From: Armatimonadota bacterium
Lineage (GTDB): Bacteria > Armatimonadota > Fimbriimonadia > Fimbriimonadales > GBS-DC
Direction: 5' to 3'
Assembly: GCA_037444405.1 (NCBI GenBank)
Contig: JBBIML010000008.1
Location: forward strand, 1 to 64,000
DNA: 64,000 nucleotides
The notes under the pieces are model-generated. The model did no database searches and had not been told where the DNA came from. It was given only the letters and a program-made list of their open reading frames with translations. The position numbers and the translations under genes were made by a program. The stretch's first letter is position 1; each line of letters starts with the position of its first letter. Positions 29,459 to 38,495 of the stretch are shown here, in pieces.

Positions 29459-30213
29459 GGTGCAACCTCCTCTGAAGGCACGGGTCGTGCGAAGCGGAAG
29501 CGCGTGGAGCCAGTGTAGGCGGGGATGCGCACCCGCTCCAGCGCGCGCATCTCCACCATTTTGGGGTCCGCCTCTATAATATCGCTCAGCACGCCGCCGG
29601 GCGTCTTGAGCGCGCCCAAAAGCGTGTTCGGGTCGCCGATCGCATGGATCACAAACGGCGACGCCATCTTGATGTCGTTCACATAGATCACGGGCCCGAC
29701 GCAGCGGATGGCGCTGTTGGCGACCAGTCGTTGCCCGTTGATGGCAACCGCTTCTGCGCCCGCCTGGCGCAGCTCGTTCACCACACGCAACAGGTCATAA
29801 TCGTGAATGATGTAGAGGTCGATCAGTAGCGATTCGGTGGAGCCGGGCGCGGGGCGGCGCGTGCTATCGCGCAGCACCAGCTCGATGCCCGGACCTTCCA
29901 CCTCCACCAGCCCTGCCAGCAGCTTGGCGGTCTGCAGGCTATCGTTCAGCACCTGAGCCTGTCTGGTGCCGGTGGCGAGCGCGTTTTCGAGTTCGGTGGT
30001 TTTCTGACGCAGCTGGCGGATTTCGGTCTCCATCGCCTGGACGGCGCGCTTCTCCTGCACATAGGCGCGTGCCAGTTCGGGCAGGCGGGTGCTGGGCAGT
30101 TCCGCCGTGTGCAGACGGAACTGGGCTTTGAGCGCGACACCCAGCAGCGCACCCACCACAATCCAGATGATGAAGATAATCAGCATCTGCAGTCGCTTAT
30201 TGTCGCCTGTCAT
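29455..30213 (-). CDS. DUF881 family protein
   Basis: AGLVEVEGPG, VNELRQAGAEAVAINGQR, AIGDP. Confidence 0.88.
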   Translation of the reverse strand: MTGDNKRLQMLIIFIIWIVVGALLGVALKAQFRLHTAELPSTRLPELARAYVQEKRAVQAMETEIRQLRQKTTELENALATGTRQAQVLNDSLQTAKLLAGLVEVEGPGIELVLRDSTRRPAPGSTESLLIDLYIIHDYDLLRVVNELRQAGAEAVAINGQRLVANSAIRCVGPVIYVNDIKMASPFVIHAIGDPNTLLGALKTPGGVLSDIIEADPKMVEMRALERVRIPAYTGSTRFRFARPVPSEEVAP

Positions 30214-31132
30214 GCGTTCTCACTCCCTGTTGAACCCCCTGCGATTGCTCTGCAGAAGTGTACCCCCTGTCGGGACGGCCCGCCCGCGGTTTGACCGCCG
30301 GGTGGTGCGGGCTTTTGAGATCGACATACTCCCATTGAGCCGCCTGCAGCGGTGCGCTTTGCAACAGCATCTGCACGATCGGGAGCTGTTGCCGCCAGAG
30401 CGCCGCATCGCCCAGCTGGAACCGTATCGCCACGCCGCCCTCCATCTGACAGCTCAGGTACAGCTCGCCGTCAGGCGCAATCTGAATCTGGTGTCGCGCC
30501 TGCGTTGTTCGAGCCAGCTCTTTCAATAGCGCAAAGGCACGCCAGAGCGGGGTCGCAGGTCTCAGGTCGCCCCCGGCAGGCAGGGGCATACTGGCAGGTA
30601 GGGAGATGATTCCGCCCGCTGCCCGCTCTGGCGGATTCGGCGCACGAAAGGCGATTCCTGCCGAATCGACGAAAATCCGATCGCCACTGACCGCGCGAAT
30701 CTCGATAAGCGGCACGCGCGGGCGCACCTGAATCTGCAGCTGTGAGGGGATCGTGGGGCGAACCTGCACGGCTTCGACCCAGCCGTGTTGCAGAAGCGCG
30801 GTCTCGACGGGGCGCACACCGAGCCGAACGCCGAACGGTTCCTGCCAGAGCTGGCGCAACTGCTGTTCGATTTCGATCTGCGCAGCAGGCGGCACGCCCT
30901 GAATCACAATCTGGCGCGGCTGCATACGGGGCGACGCCCACAAACTCGCTATCAGGGCGAACCCGACCGTCAGCCAGAGCAGATATTCCAGGTGACGGGC
31001 GGCGATGAGCTGGCGACGACGGCGGGGCAGGGCAGAGGCGCGCGACGCCAGCCGCCGACGCCGCATCTGAACAGCCGCCTGTGCGGACGGCGCCCGAATC
31101 GCCCGTCGAACCCCACGCGCCGCACGCCTCAT
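30197..31132 (-). CDS. ftsQ: FtsQ/DivIB-like cell division protein
   Basis: Single TM, POTRA-like WVEAVQV..PSQLQIQV, C-terminal YVDLK; dcw position. Confidence 0.7.
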   Translation of the reverse strand: MRRAARGVRRAIRAPSAQAAVQMRRRRLASRASALPRRRRQLIAARHLEYLLWLTVGFALIASLWASPRMQPRQIVIQGVPPAAQIEIEQQLRQLWQEPFGVRLGVRPVETALLQHGWVEAVQVRPTIPSQLQIQVRPRVPLIEIRAVSGDRIFVDSAGIAFRAPNPPERAAGGIISLPASMPLPAGGDLRPATPLWRAFALLKELARTTQARHQIQIAPDGELYLSCQMEGGVAIRFQLGDAALWRQQLPIVQMLLQSAPLQAAQWEYVDLKSPHHPAVKPRAGRPDRGYTSAEQSQGVQQGVRTHDRRQ

Positions 31133-33576
31133 GAGGAACCCTCCAGCGCGTCCTCTATCAGAAAAGTGATCAGTTGCTGGAAGGGGATGCCTGCCGCCTC
31201 CGCACTGCGCGGCAAGAGCGAGGTGGGGGTTAAGCCCGGAACGGTGTTCACCTCCAGCACGAAGGGCACGCGCTCGCGCAGGATCATATCCACACGGCTC
31301 ATGCTGCGGCAGCCGAGCGCGCAGTGCGCCTGCAGGGCGGTCGCCATCAGCACATCCAGCAGTTCATCGGGCAGGCGAGCGGGCACGATCTCCTCTGTCC
31401 AGCCGGGGGTGTATTTCGCCTGAAAGCCGTAGAAGCCGCCGCGGGGCACAATCTCCACAGGGGGCAGCGCGCGCGGATGGCGCGTGCCAATCACGGGCAC
31501 GGAGACCTCCACACCCTCAATCAGCTCCTCGATCAGGGCGCGCTCGTCGTAGGCGAATGCCTTCCGCAGGGCACGGGGCAACTGCTCCCACTCCCACACG
31601 CGCGTCGTGCCCAGCGTGGAGCCGCCCTCGTTGGGCTTCACAATCAGCGGCGGCTTCAGCCCGGCAAGCTTCGGGCTGGCGGCAGGCGTTAGCAGTTCAT
31701 TCAGCTCCGCACGCGATACCAGCACGCCGCGTGGCGTGGTGATGCCCGCCGACTGCAATACGATTTTGGCGGCGTATTTGTTCATGGCGAGCGCGCTGGG
31801 CAGGATGCCCGAACCTGTGTAGGGGATGCCAAGCATCTCCAGCAGACCCTGAATCGCGCCGTCCTCACCGTGCCGACCGTGCAGGGCGATGAAAGCGAGA
31901 TCGGGACGCTCGCTCTGCAATAAATCGAGCAGTCCCCAGACGCCCTCCCTGCCGCGCATCAGGGCGGGGTCCACAGGGATGCCGATGTAGCGGTCGGGGT
32001 CGAGCGCCTGTAGCACGCGCGAGCCAGAGAGCAGCGACACATCGCGTTCGGGCGAGTCGCCGCCCATCAGCACGGCGATGCGCAGTCGCCGCACCTGACC
32101 CCGCGCCTCCAGCATGCGCAGCAGGGCGGGCGCCACCTTATCGATATCGCCTGCGCCCATCGTGACCACTACATCGCCCGGCGTCAGATGGGGCAGGAGG
32201 CGAGCGGGGATCTGCTCCTTGATGGGCACATAGAGCGTGGGTGGCTGATCGCCCTCCAGCAAGCCGTCGGCAATCAGCGACGCGCTCACACCCGGGATGG
32301 GCTTCTCGCGAGCGGGATAGATATCGGTGATGACCACCATGTCGGCGCCGCGCAGGCTCTGGATCAGCCCTTCCAGCAGGTCGCGCGTGCGACTGTACAG
32401 ATGCGGCTGGAAAAGCACAATCAGGCGGCGGTTGGGGAACCGCTGGCGCAACGCGGCGAGCGTGGCGTCGATCTCCGTCGGGTGGTGCGCGTAGTCGTCC
32501 ACGAGCGCGATGCCCATCGCCTCGCCAATCAGCTCCTGCCGCCGCCGAACGCCCTGAAACCCTGTTAGTGCACGCTGTGCCACCGCCATCGGGATGTTCA
32601 GCAGCTGGGCGACGCCGATCGCGCCCAGCGCGTTCAGCACATTGTGGTCGCCCACAAGCGGCAGGGAGAAGTCCCCATCGGCTGTGGATGGCACCCCCTC
32701 ACCCGTACCCTCGCTTCTGCTGGAGGAGAGGGGTTGATTCTTCACGCGGAAGCGGGTGATGGAGGGTGTTCGCTCGATGATTGCGGCGTGCAGATCGTTG
32801 TGAGGCGCGAAGCCGTACAGCAGGCGTGGGCGCGGCACATCGCCACGCTCACAGAGCCGCTGTACCCCCGGATGATCCCCGCAACCAATCCAGCACCCTT
32901 CGGGTTTCAGCTGCTGCAGGAAGCGGGCGAAACTCGTTAGCAGATTCTCGAAAGTGCCGTGATAATCGAGGTGGTCGGGTTCGATGCTGGTGATGAGCGC
33001 GATTTCGGGCTGGAAGTCCAGAAACGACTCATAGGCTTCGCAGGCTTCGACGACCGCCCATTCGCCGCTGCCCAGCCGGATATTGCCTGCCCATGGGGGC
33101 ATGGTGAGCGGCGTGTCGGCGCCCAGCAGCACGAGCGGGTCGTAGCCGCCCGCTTCCAGAATGGCGGCAACGAGCGCGGTGGTGGTGCTTTTGCCGTGTG
33201 TGCCGCTGATGGCAATCACGCGATAGGGCTTCAGCAACCAGCCCATCAGTTGCGAGCGTCGCCAGATGGGCAGGTGGCGACGCTGTGCCTCTATCACTTC
33301 GGGGTTATCGGGATGGATGGCGTCGGACACAATCAGCCAGTCGGGTTCGCCCATTCGGGCGGGGTCGTGAGGCGCGTAGGCACGGATACCACGCGTGCGC
33401 AGCGACTCCAGCGCGGGCGAGTCGGCAAGGTCGGAGCCGCTGACCGTCGCGCCCTTTTCGGCGAGCCAGCGTGCCAGCGCGGACATGCTCGCGCCCCCGA
33501 TGCCCACAAAATGGAATCGCATCTGGAGGCTGGGTTCGCGGTCGGTCGTCAGCGGGATGCCTGTCGGGGACTGCAT
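31129..33576 (-). CDS. murC-ddl: MurC - D-Ala-D-Ala ligase fusion
   Basis: HFVGIGGASMS, GTHGKSTT, DDYAHHP, FQPH, followed by GGDSPERDVS, LHGRHGEDG, EVNTVPG. Confidence 0.93.
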   Translation of the reverse strand: MQSPTGIPLTTDREPSLQMRFHFVGIGGASMSALARWLAEKGATVSGSDLADSPALESLRTRGIRAYAPHDPARMGEPDWLIVSDAIHPDNPEVIEAQRRHLPIWRRSQLMGWLLKPYRVIAISGTHGKSTTTALVAAILEAGGYDPLVLLGADTPLTMPPWAGNIRLGSGEWAVVEACEAYESFLDFQPEIALITSIEPDHLDYHGTFENLLTSFARFLQQLKPEGCWIGCGDHPGVQRLCERGDVPRPRLLYGFAPHNDLHAAIIERTPSITRFRVKNQPLSSSRSEGTGEGVPSTADGDFSLPLVGDHNVLNALGAIGVAQLLNIPMAVAQRALTGFQGVRRRQELIGEAMGIALVDDYAHHPTEIDATLAALRQRFPNRRLIVLFQPHLYSRTRDLLEGLIQSLRGADMVVITDIYPAREKPIPGVSASLIADGLLEGDQPPTLYVPIKEQIPARLLPHLTPGDVVVTMGAGDIDKVAPALLRMLEARGQVRRLRIAVLMGGDSPERDVSLLSGSRVLQALDPDRYIGIPVDPALMRGREGVWGLLDLLQSERPDLAFIALHGRHGEDGAIQGLLEMLGIPYTGSGILPSALAMNKYAAKIVLQSAGITTPRGVLVSRAELNELLTPAASPKLAGLKPPLIVKPNEGGSTLGTTRVWEWEQLPRALRKAFAYDERALIEELIEGVEVSVPVIGTRHPRALPPVEIVPRGGFYGFQAKYTPGWTEEIVPARLPDELLDVLMATALQAHCALGCRSMSRVDMILRERVPFVLEVNTVPGLTPTSLLPRSAEAAGIPFQQLITFLIEDALEGSS
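32694..32733 (+). repeat. Repeat family A copy inside murC, in frame
   Basis: CCCCCTCACCCGTACCCTCGCTTCTGCTGGAGGAGAGGGG; encodes PLSSSRSEGTGEG. Confidence 0.85.
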
Positions 33577-33588
33577 GGTGGCTCCTCC

Positions 33589-34707
33589 TTATCGGGGTCT
33601 TTCTGGGCGCGACGCCCAGTCTACGAGCGTGTCGCGAATGACCTGCAGCACGCGCTGGGTGGCGTCGGGGATTGCCCACTGGCGGGCACGCTGGCGCATC
33701 TCCTCCCGTCGTTGCGGGCATTCGTGGAGAGTGGTCAGCATCTGTGCCAGCGCGCTCGGTGAGAGGGCGGACTGTTCGATCATCAGCGCGGCTCCCCGTT
33801 GCACCATCGCCTCACAATTATACCGCTGGTGCGCGCTGGCGGCGAAGGGATAGGGGATCAGCACGGCGGGCAAACCGTTCAGCGCGAGTTCGGTGATGGT
33901 GCCCGCGCCGCCGCGCGCGACAGCCACATCCGCCGCGCGATACGCCAGCCCCATCTGCTCCGCATTCAAAAAGGGCAGGGGATGATAGTTGCCGTTGAGC
34001 GCGAGGCGGTCCGCCGTTGCGCGAACCATCTCGTAGTGCGCCTCGCCTGTGATGTGCAGCCACTGGATGGGCGTGGCGGGCATATATTGCACGGTGTTCA
34101 GCACCGCCTCGTTCAGCGACTGCGCACCCTGACTGCCGCCAATCACCAGCACGGTGAAACGCTCCGGCGCCAGCCCGAACGATTCGCGAGCGGTTGCCAC
34201 GGGCACATCGGGGCGACATACATCCGGGCGCACGGGCAAGCCTGTGCGAACGGTTTTGCCGCGCGGGAAATGGGCGGCAGCTTCCTCGAAGTTGATGCAG
34301 ATACACGCTGCGAACCGTGCCAGATGGCGGTTGGCGCGCCCAGGGTAGGCATCGGGTTCCAGCAGCACCATCGGCTTGCGGCGGCTGCGCTGGGCGAATG
34401 CAATCGGCAGCGCGGAGTAGCCCCCCGTGCAGAGCAGCAGCTCGGCGTCGAACTGGTCGAGAGCGCGTCGGGCTTCGGCACGCAGGCGTAGCAATGTGAA
34501 CGGCAATCGCCACGGGACCCGCGCAGCGGGTCGCAGGTGGCTCATATCGAGCAGCAGGGCAGGGAAGGGCAGGGCGAGACGCGCCTCCAGCCCGTGCCGG
34601 GCGCCCAGATACAGCACGCTGGCGCCCTCCCGCTGGAGCGCTTCGCCCACACACAGCGCGGGGAACAGATGCCCGCCCGTGATACCGCCCGCTATCGCCA
34701 CCCTCAT
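33589..34707 (-). CDS. murG: Lipid II GlcNAc transferase MurG
   Basis: GGITGGH, TGGY, GGSQGA, RGGAGT, HQRYN; start ATG 34707 overlaps the ftsW stop. Confidence 0.93.
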   Translation of the reverse strand: MRVAIAGGITGGHLFPALCVGEALQREGASVLYLGARHGLEARLALPFPALLLDMSHLRPAARVPWRLPFTLLRLRAEARRALDQFDAELLLCTGGYSALPIAFAQRSRRKPMVLLEPDAYPGRANRHLARFAACICINFEEAAAHFPRGKTVRTGLPVRPDVCRPDVPVATARESFGLAPERFTVLVIGGSQGAQSLNEAVLNTVQYMPATPIQWLHITGEAHYEMVRATADRLALNGNYHPLPFLNAEQMGLAYRAADVAVARGGAGTITELALNGLPAVLIPYPFAASAHQRYNCEAMVQRGAALMIEQSALSPSALAQMLTTLHECPQRREEMRQRARQWAIPDATQRVLQVIRDTLVDWASRPERPR

Positions 34708-35981
34708 CGCGTCTCCCTCGCAATCGCCTGCGCGATTCCCAGCGCCGCCATCAGACTCAGCAGGGCGGAGCCGCCTGCGCTGACGAACGGCAACGGCAAC
34801 CCCACTGTCGGCAGCAGCCCTATCGCCATGCCGATATTGATCAGCGCCTGCAGTCCGATCCAGAGCGCCAGCCCACCCGCGAACAGCCGTCCAAACCGTG
34901 TGGGCGCCCGCGCCGCCAGCTTCAGGCACGCGCCCACCAGCCACACAAACAGCCCGATGCACAGCATACTGCCCGCGAAGCCCGTCTCCTCAGCGATTGT
35001 GGCGAAGATGTAGTCGTTCTCGGCAGCGGGCAGGTAGCGTTTCTCGCATCCCTCGCCAATCGCAAGTCGTCCGATGCCGCCGCTGCCCACCGCGATCTGC
35101 GCTCGCACCATCTGGTAGCCGATGTCATGCTCATACTCCCACGGGTCCAGCATCACCAGAATGCGCTTCAGCCGATAGCCCGTCTCATCGATGGCGTGTG
35201 GCTTATCGATGAACGCCGCTTTGATGGCGGGCAGGCAGATGAGCAGTGTGAACGCCATCAGGCTCGCCAGCCCCAGCAGGGCGATTCGGGTCAGGCTCGC
35301 CCCACCCAGAAACGCCACACCCACACCCAGCGCGAAGATGAGCACCATTGTGCCGAAGTCGGGCTGACGCTCAATCGCGATCAGCGCAATCAGCCAGAGC
35401 GCGATCAGCCCGTAAGCGGCTTTGCTCCATGCCCGGCGCTGGCTATAAAGCGCGGCAAAATAGAGCAGGGTTGCCAGCTTAAACATCTCGGAGGGCTGGA
35501 CGCTGATGCGTCCCAGCGCGGGCAGCGTGAACTCGAACCAGCGTACTGCGCCGTTGCGCTCCACACCCAGCCCCGGTATTCGCCAGAGCGCGATCAGCAC
35601 CAGGGCGCTCAGCACCAGCCAGAACCACGCGCTCGCCTGGTAGAAACGCGACGGAATATGAGCCAGTATCAGCATCATGCCCGCGCTTAGCAGCACCCAG
35701 CACGCCTGCAATATCACGGGGCGAAACGGCTCCATCGGCGAGGCGGCGCTGGTCTTCAGAAGGTCACCAATCTGTACACTGGTCTGAAACACCAGCCCGA
35801 TCAGGCAGAGTGTGAGGGGCAGCCAGAACAGTGCGTGCCGTACACCCTGCAGTGCTGCTCGCTCGCGCTCACCTCGCTGCAAGGGCGTGGTCGCCGCACC
35901 TCTCCTCGCCAGCCGCCTGTGCCGAAATGTCAGCGGCTGGATGATCGCTCCCATACGCCGGCGCGATATAGCCTTTATCAT
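34704..35981 (-). CDS. ftsW: SEDS peptidoglycan glycosyltransferase FtsW
   Basis: NGAVRW, QPSEMFK, QPDFGT, YLPAAENDYIF, LPFVSAGGS. Confidence 0.9.
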   Translation of the reverse strand: MIKAISRRRMGAIIQPLTFRHRRLARRGAATTPLQRGERERAALQGVRHALFWLPLTLCLIGLVFQTSVQIGDLLKTSAASPMEPFRPVILQACWVLLSAGMMLILAHIPSRFYQASAWFWLVLSALVLIALWRIPGLGVERNGAVRWFEFTLPALGRISVQPSEMFKLATLLYFAALYSQRRAWSKAAYGLIALWLIALIAIERQPDFGTMVLIFALGVGVAFLGGASLTRIALLGLASLMAFTLLICLPAIKAAFIDKPHAIDETGYRLKRILVMLDPWEYEHDIGYQMVRAQIAVGSGGIGRLAIGEGCEKRYLPAAENDYIFATIAEETGFAGSMLCIGLFVWLVGACLKLAARAPTRFGRLFAGGLALWIGLQALINIGMAIGLLPTVGLPLPFVSAGGSALLSLMAALGIAQAIARETR

Positions 35982-37378
35982 CCCTGACCTCGCTCGCTCA
36001 GTGTTCGCACGCATGCGCGGAACCGCTCGCCGCGCTCGATAAAGTTGCGGAACTGATCGAAGCTGGCACAGCCTGGCGCCAGAATCACCGTTTCGCCCGA
36101 TTGCGCCAGCGCGAACGCCTGCTCGACGGCGCGTTCCAGCGTGCCTGCGTAGCGCCAGTTCGTGTAGCCTGCCGCGCTCAGGCACGCGCCGATGCGTTCG
36201 CCATCCCGACCGATCAGCATCGCCGCGCGGCAATATCGGCGGATTGCATCGGCGAGCTGCTCCGCTGAATCGTTCTTGTCGACGCCGCCCGCAATCACGA
36301 TGCAGGGCTTGGGCGCAAGGCGCAGAGAGTAATCGAGCGCGGCGGCGTTTGTACACATCGAATTGTTGATGAACCGCACGCCCTTGATTTCGGCGACGAA
36401 CTCCATGCGGTGAGGCACGCCGCGAAAGCTTGCCAGCGCTGTTTGAATCTGCGCCTCGCTACAGCCCACTATCCGCGCGACAGTTGCTGCTAAAAGTGCC
36501 CCCTCACCCATACCCATACCCTCTCCCCCGCAGGCGGGAGAGAGGGCTTTGAGGTCTTCATCTCCCCACAGGGAAGCGGGATTCAGGATCAGATGTCCCG
36601 CGCGTTCCACATTCAGCAGTCCGGGGCAGTTCTCGGCACGCAGCCATTTTAGAAGCTGCTGGATGCCTGCGTCGTTGCCGTTCAGCACTGCCCAGTCGTC
36701 GGGCGTCAGGTTCTCCAGCAATCGCCCCTTCGCCCGCGCGTACGCCTCAAAACTGCCGTGATAGTCCAGATGGTCGGGCGTGATGGTGGTGATGACCGCG
36801 ATGCGCGGGCGAAATTGATGGATGTTTTGCAGCTGAAACGAGCTAACCTCCGCCACAAGCCACTCGTCGGGCTGCGCCTTGAGCGCGGCGGTGGTGAGCG
36901 TCTGGTCGCTTTCGGTGCCCGCGATATTGCCGCACAGGTGCGCCCGGATGCCTGCATGGGTCAGCAGGTGGTGGATGAGCGCGGCGGTCGTCGTTTTGGC
37001 GTTCGTGCCCGTGATGGCAATAATGGGCGCCTTTGCGAGGCGGTAGCCCAGCTCGATCTCGCTCCAGATGGGGACACCGTGCGCGCGGGCGCCCTCAAAC
37101 AGCGGGTGCGACGGGGGCAGGGCAGGGCTGACGATAATCAGATCGGGCGGCGATTCCCAGTCAGGCACATCCTGTTGCGGGAACTCTGCAATGGTGATTT
37201 CCATATCAGGATCGGCTGGTGCGTCTTCCAGATGCGCTATCAACTGTTCCAGTGCATCCAGCTGCATGTCGCGGTCATACAGTTCGAGGGTGGCGCCGCG
37301 CTGGAGCAGGGCAGCCGCAGCGGCTATCCCACTGCGCCCCGTGCCAACGATTGCCACCCGCATCTCGCTCCAGTTCAT
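35978..37378 (-). CDS. murD: UDP-MurNAc-L-Ala:D-Glu ligase
   Basis: GTGRSG, ITGTNAKTTT, EVSSFQL, PDHLDYH, PHRME, PGCASFDQF. Confidence 0.93.
   Translation of the reverse strand: MNWSEMRVAIVGTGRSGIAAAAALLQRGATLELYDRDMQLDALEQLIAHLEDAPADPDMEITIAEFPQQDVPDWESPPDLIIVSPALPPSHPLFEGARAHGVPIWSEIELGYRLAKAPIIAITGTNAKTTTAALIHHLLTHAGIRAHLCGNIAGTESDQTLTTAALKAQPDEWLVAEVSSFQLQNIHQFRPRIAVITTITPDHLDYHGSFEAYARAKGRLLENLTPDDWAVLNGNDAGIQQLLKWLRAENCPGLLNVERAGHLILNPASLWGDEDLKALSPACGGEGMGMGEGALLAATVARIVGCSEAQIQTALASFRGVPHRMEFVAEIKGVRFINNSMCTNAAALDYSLRLAPKPCIVIAGGVDKNDSAEQLADAIRRYCRAAMLIGRDGERIGACLSAAGYTNWRYAGTLERAVEQAFALAQSGETVILAPGCASFDQFRNFIERGERFRACVRTLSERGQG
36499..36546 (+). repeat. Repeat family A copy inside murD, in frame
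   Basis: CCCCCTCACCCATACCCATACCCTCTCCCCCGCAGGCGGGAGAGAGGG; encodes LSPACGGEGMGMGEG. Confidence 0.87.
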
Positions 37379-38433
37379 CGCAGCCCTCCCGAAAGCGCGT
37401 ACGCCACCAGTCCCGTCAGCGCGCCCGCAATCCAGAACCGACCCACAATCAAGCTCTCCTGCCAGCCCAGCAGCTCAAAATGGTGGTGGATGGGCGTCGC
37501 GCGGAAGATGCGCCGTTTGAGCAACTTCACCGCGCTCAGCTGAATAATCACAGTGATGATCTCGATCGCGAACACCAGCCCGATCAGCACGAACAGCGCG
37601 GCGTGCGGGAGCCACTCACCCGACAGGCTTCCAGCGAGCATCAGTTCGCGCCAGGTGATTAACGCGAAGATCGCGCCGAGCGCCATCGAGCCGGTGTCGC
37701 CCATGAACACATGTGCGGGATGAAGGTTCCACCACAGGTAGCCGAGCGCGGCACCACACCAGAGCATCGCGGTGATGACGCTCAGTGTGTCGCGACAGAG
37801 CGCGGCGAGGGCGCCGAACGCAATCACGCTCAGCCCCGCTGCCAGCCCGTCCAGCCCATCCGTCAGGTTGAAAGCGTTCACCCAGCCGACCACCCACACC
37901 AGCCCCAGCAGCCAGAAGGCGAGGGGCAGGGCAGGGGAGGGAAGAGCAGGCGCGTTCGCTCCATCGGCAAGAGGGGCGTTCAGCAACTGCGCCGGGATGC
38001 TCGCTGTTGCATAGAGCGCGATTGCCGCCATCAGCGCCTGCAGCAGCAGTTTCATTTTCCACTCCAGCCCACGCCGCCCCAGCCAGCGACGCGCCAGATA
38101 GTCGTCGACGAATCCCAGCAGGGCAAACAGCCCCGCCGCGGCGAAGAAGATGAGCAACGGCACAAGGTACAGGCTACCCCGCGGAACAGACTGGAGCAGG
38201 GATGTCCCAGCCGCTGTTTGCACAGGATGGGGCAGGAATGCGAACGCGAGCAGCCCGACCGCCACGCCGAGCAGAATGATGAACCCGCCCATCGTGGGCG
38301 TGCCCTCCTTCGCCCGATGGCTTTCAGGCGCGTAGGAATAGATGCTCTGGCGGATGTTCAGTCGCGCCAGCACACCGATTATCGGCTTGCCCATCACCAG
38401 CGCTGTTAGTGCCGCGATCACCATCTCCATCAT
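37375..38433 (-). CDS. mraY: Phospho-MurNAc-pentapeptide transferase
   Basis: GTPTMGG, GFVDD, NLTDGLDGLA, FMGDTGS, PIHHHFE. Confidence 0.95.
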   Translation of the reverse strand: MMEMVIAALTALVMGKPIIGVLARLNIRQSIYSYAPESHRAKEGTPTMGGFIILLGVAVGLLAFAFLPHPVQTAAGTSLLQSVPRGSLYLVPLLIFFAAAGLFALLGFVDDYLARRWLGRRGLEWKMKLLLQALMAAIALYATASIPAQLLNAPLADGANAPALPSPALPLAFWLLGLVWVVGWVNAFNLTDGLDGLAAGLSVIAFGALAALCRDTLSVITAMLWCGAALGYLWWNLHPAHVFMGDTGSMALGAIFALITWRELMLAGSLSGEWLPHAALFVLIGLVFAIEIITVIIQLSAVKLLKRRIFRATPIHHHFELLGWQESLIVGRFWIAGALTGLVAYALSGGLR

Positions 38434-38447
38434 CTTGCTCAATGTTG

Positions 38448-38490
38448 CCCCCTCACTCGTACCCTCTCCCCATAAACGGGGGAGAGGGAG
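38448..38490 (+). repeat. Repeat family A copy between murF and mraY
   Basis: CCCCCTCACTCGTACCCTCTCCCCATAAACGGGGGAGAGGGAG. Confidence 0.87.
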
Positions 38491-38495
38491 GTTGA

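Noticed and set aside
37920..37978. Pro-rich insert in mraY as an eighth repeat copy
   Set aside because: Only CCCTC fragments; no hairpin or CCCTCACC leader, too degenerate to call.
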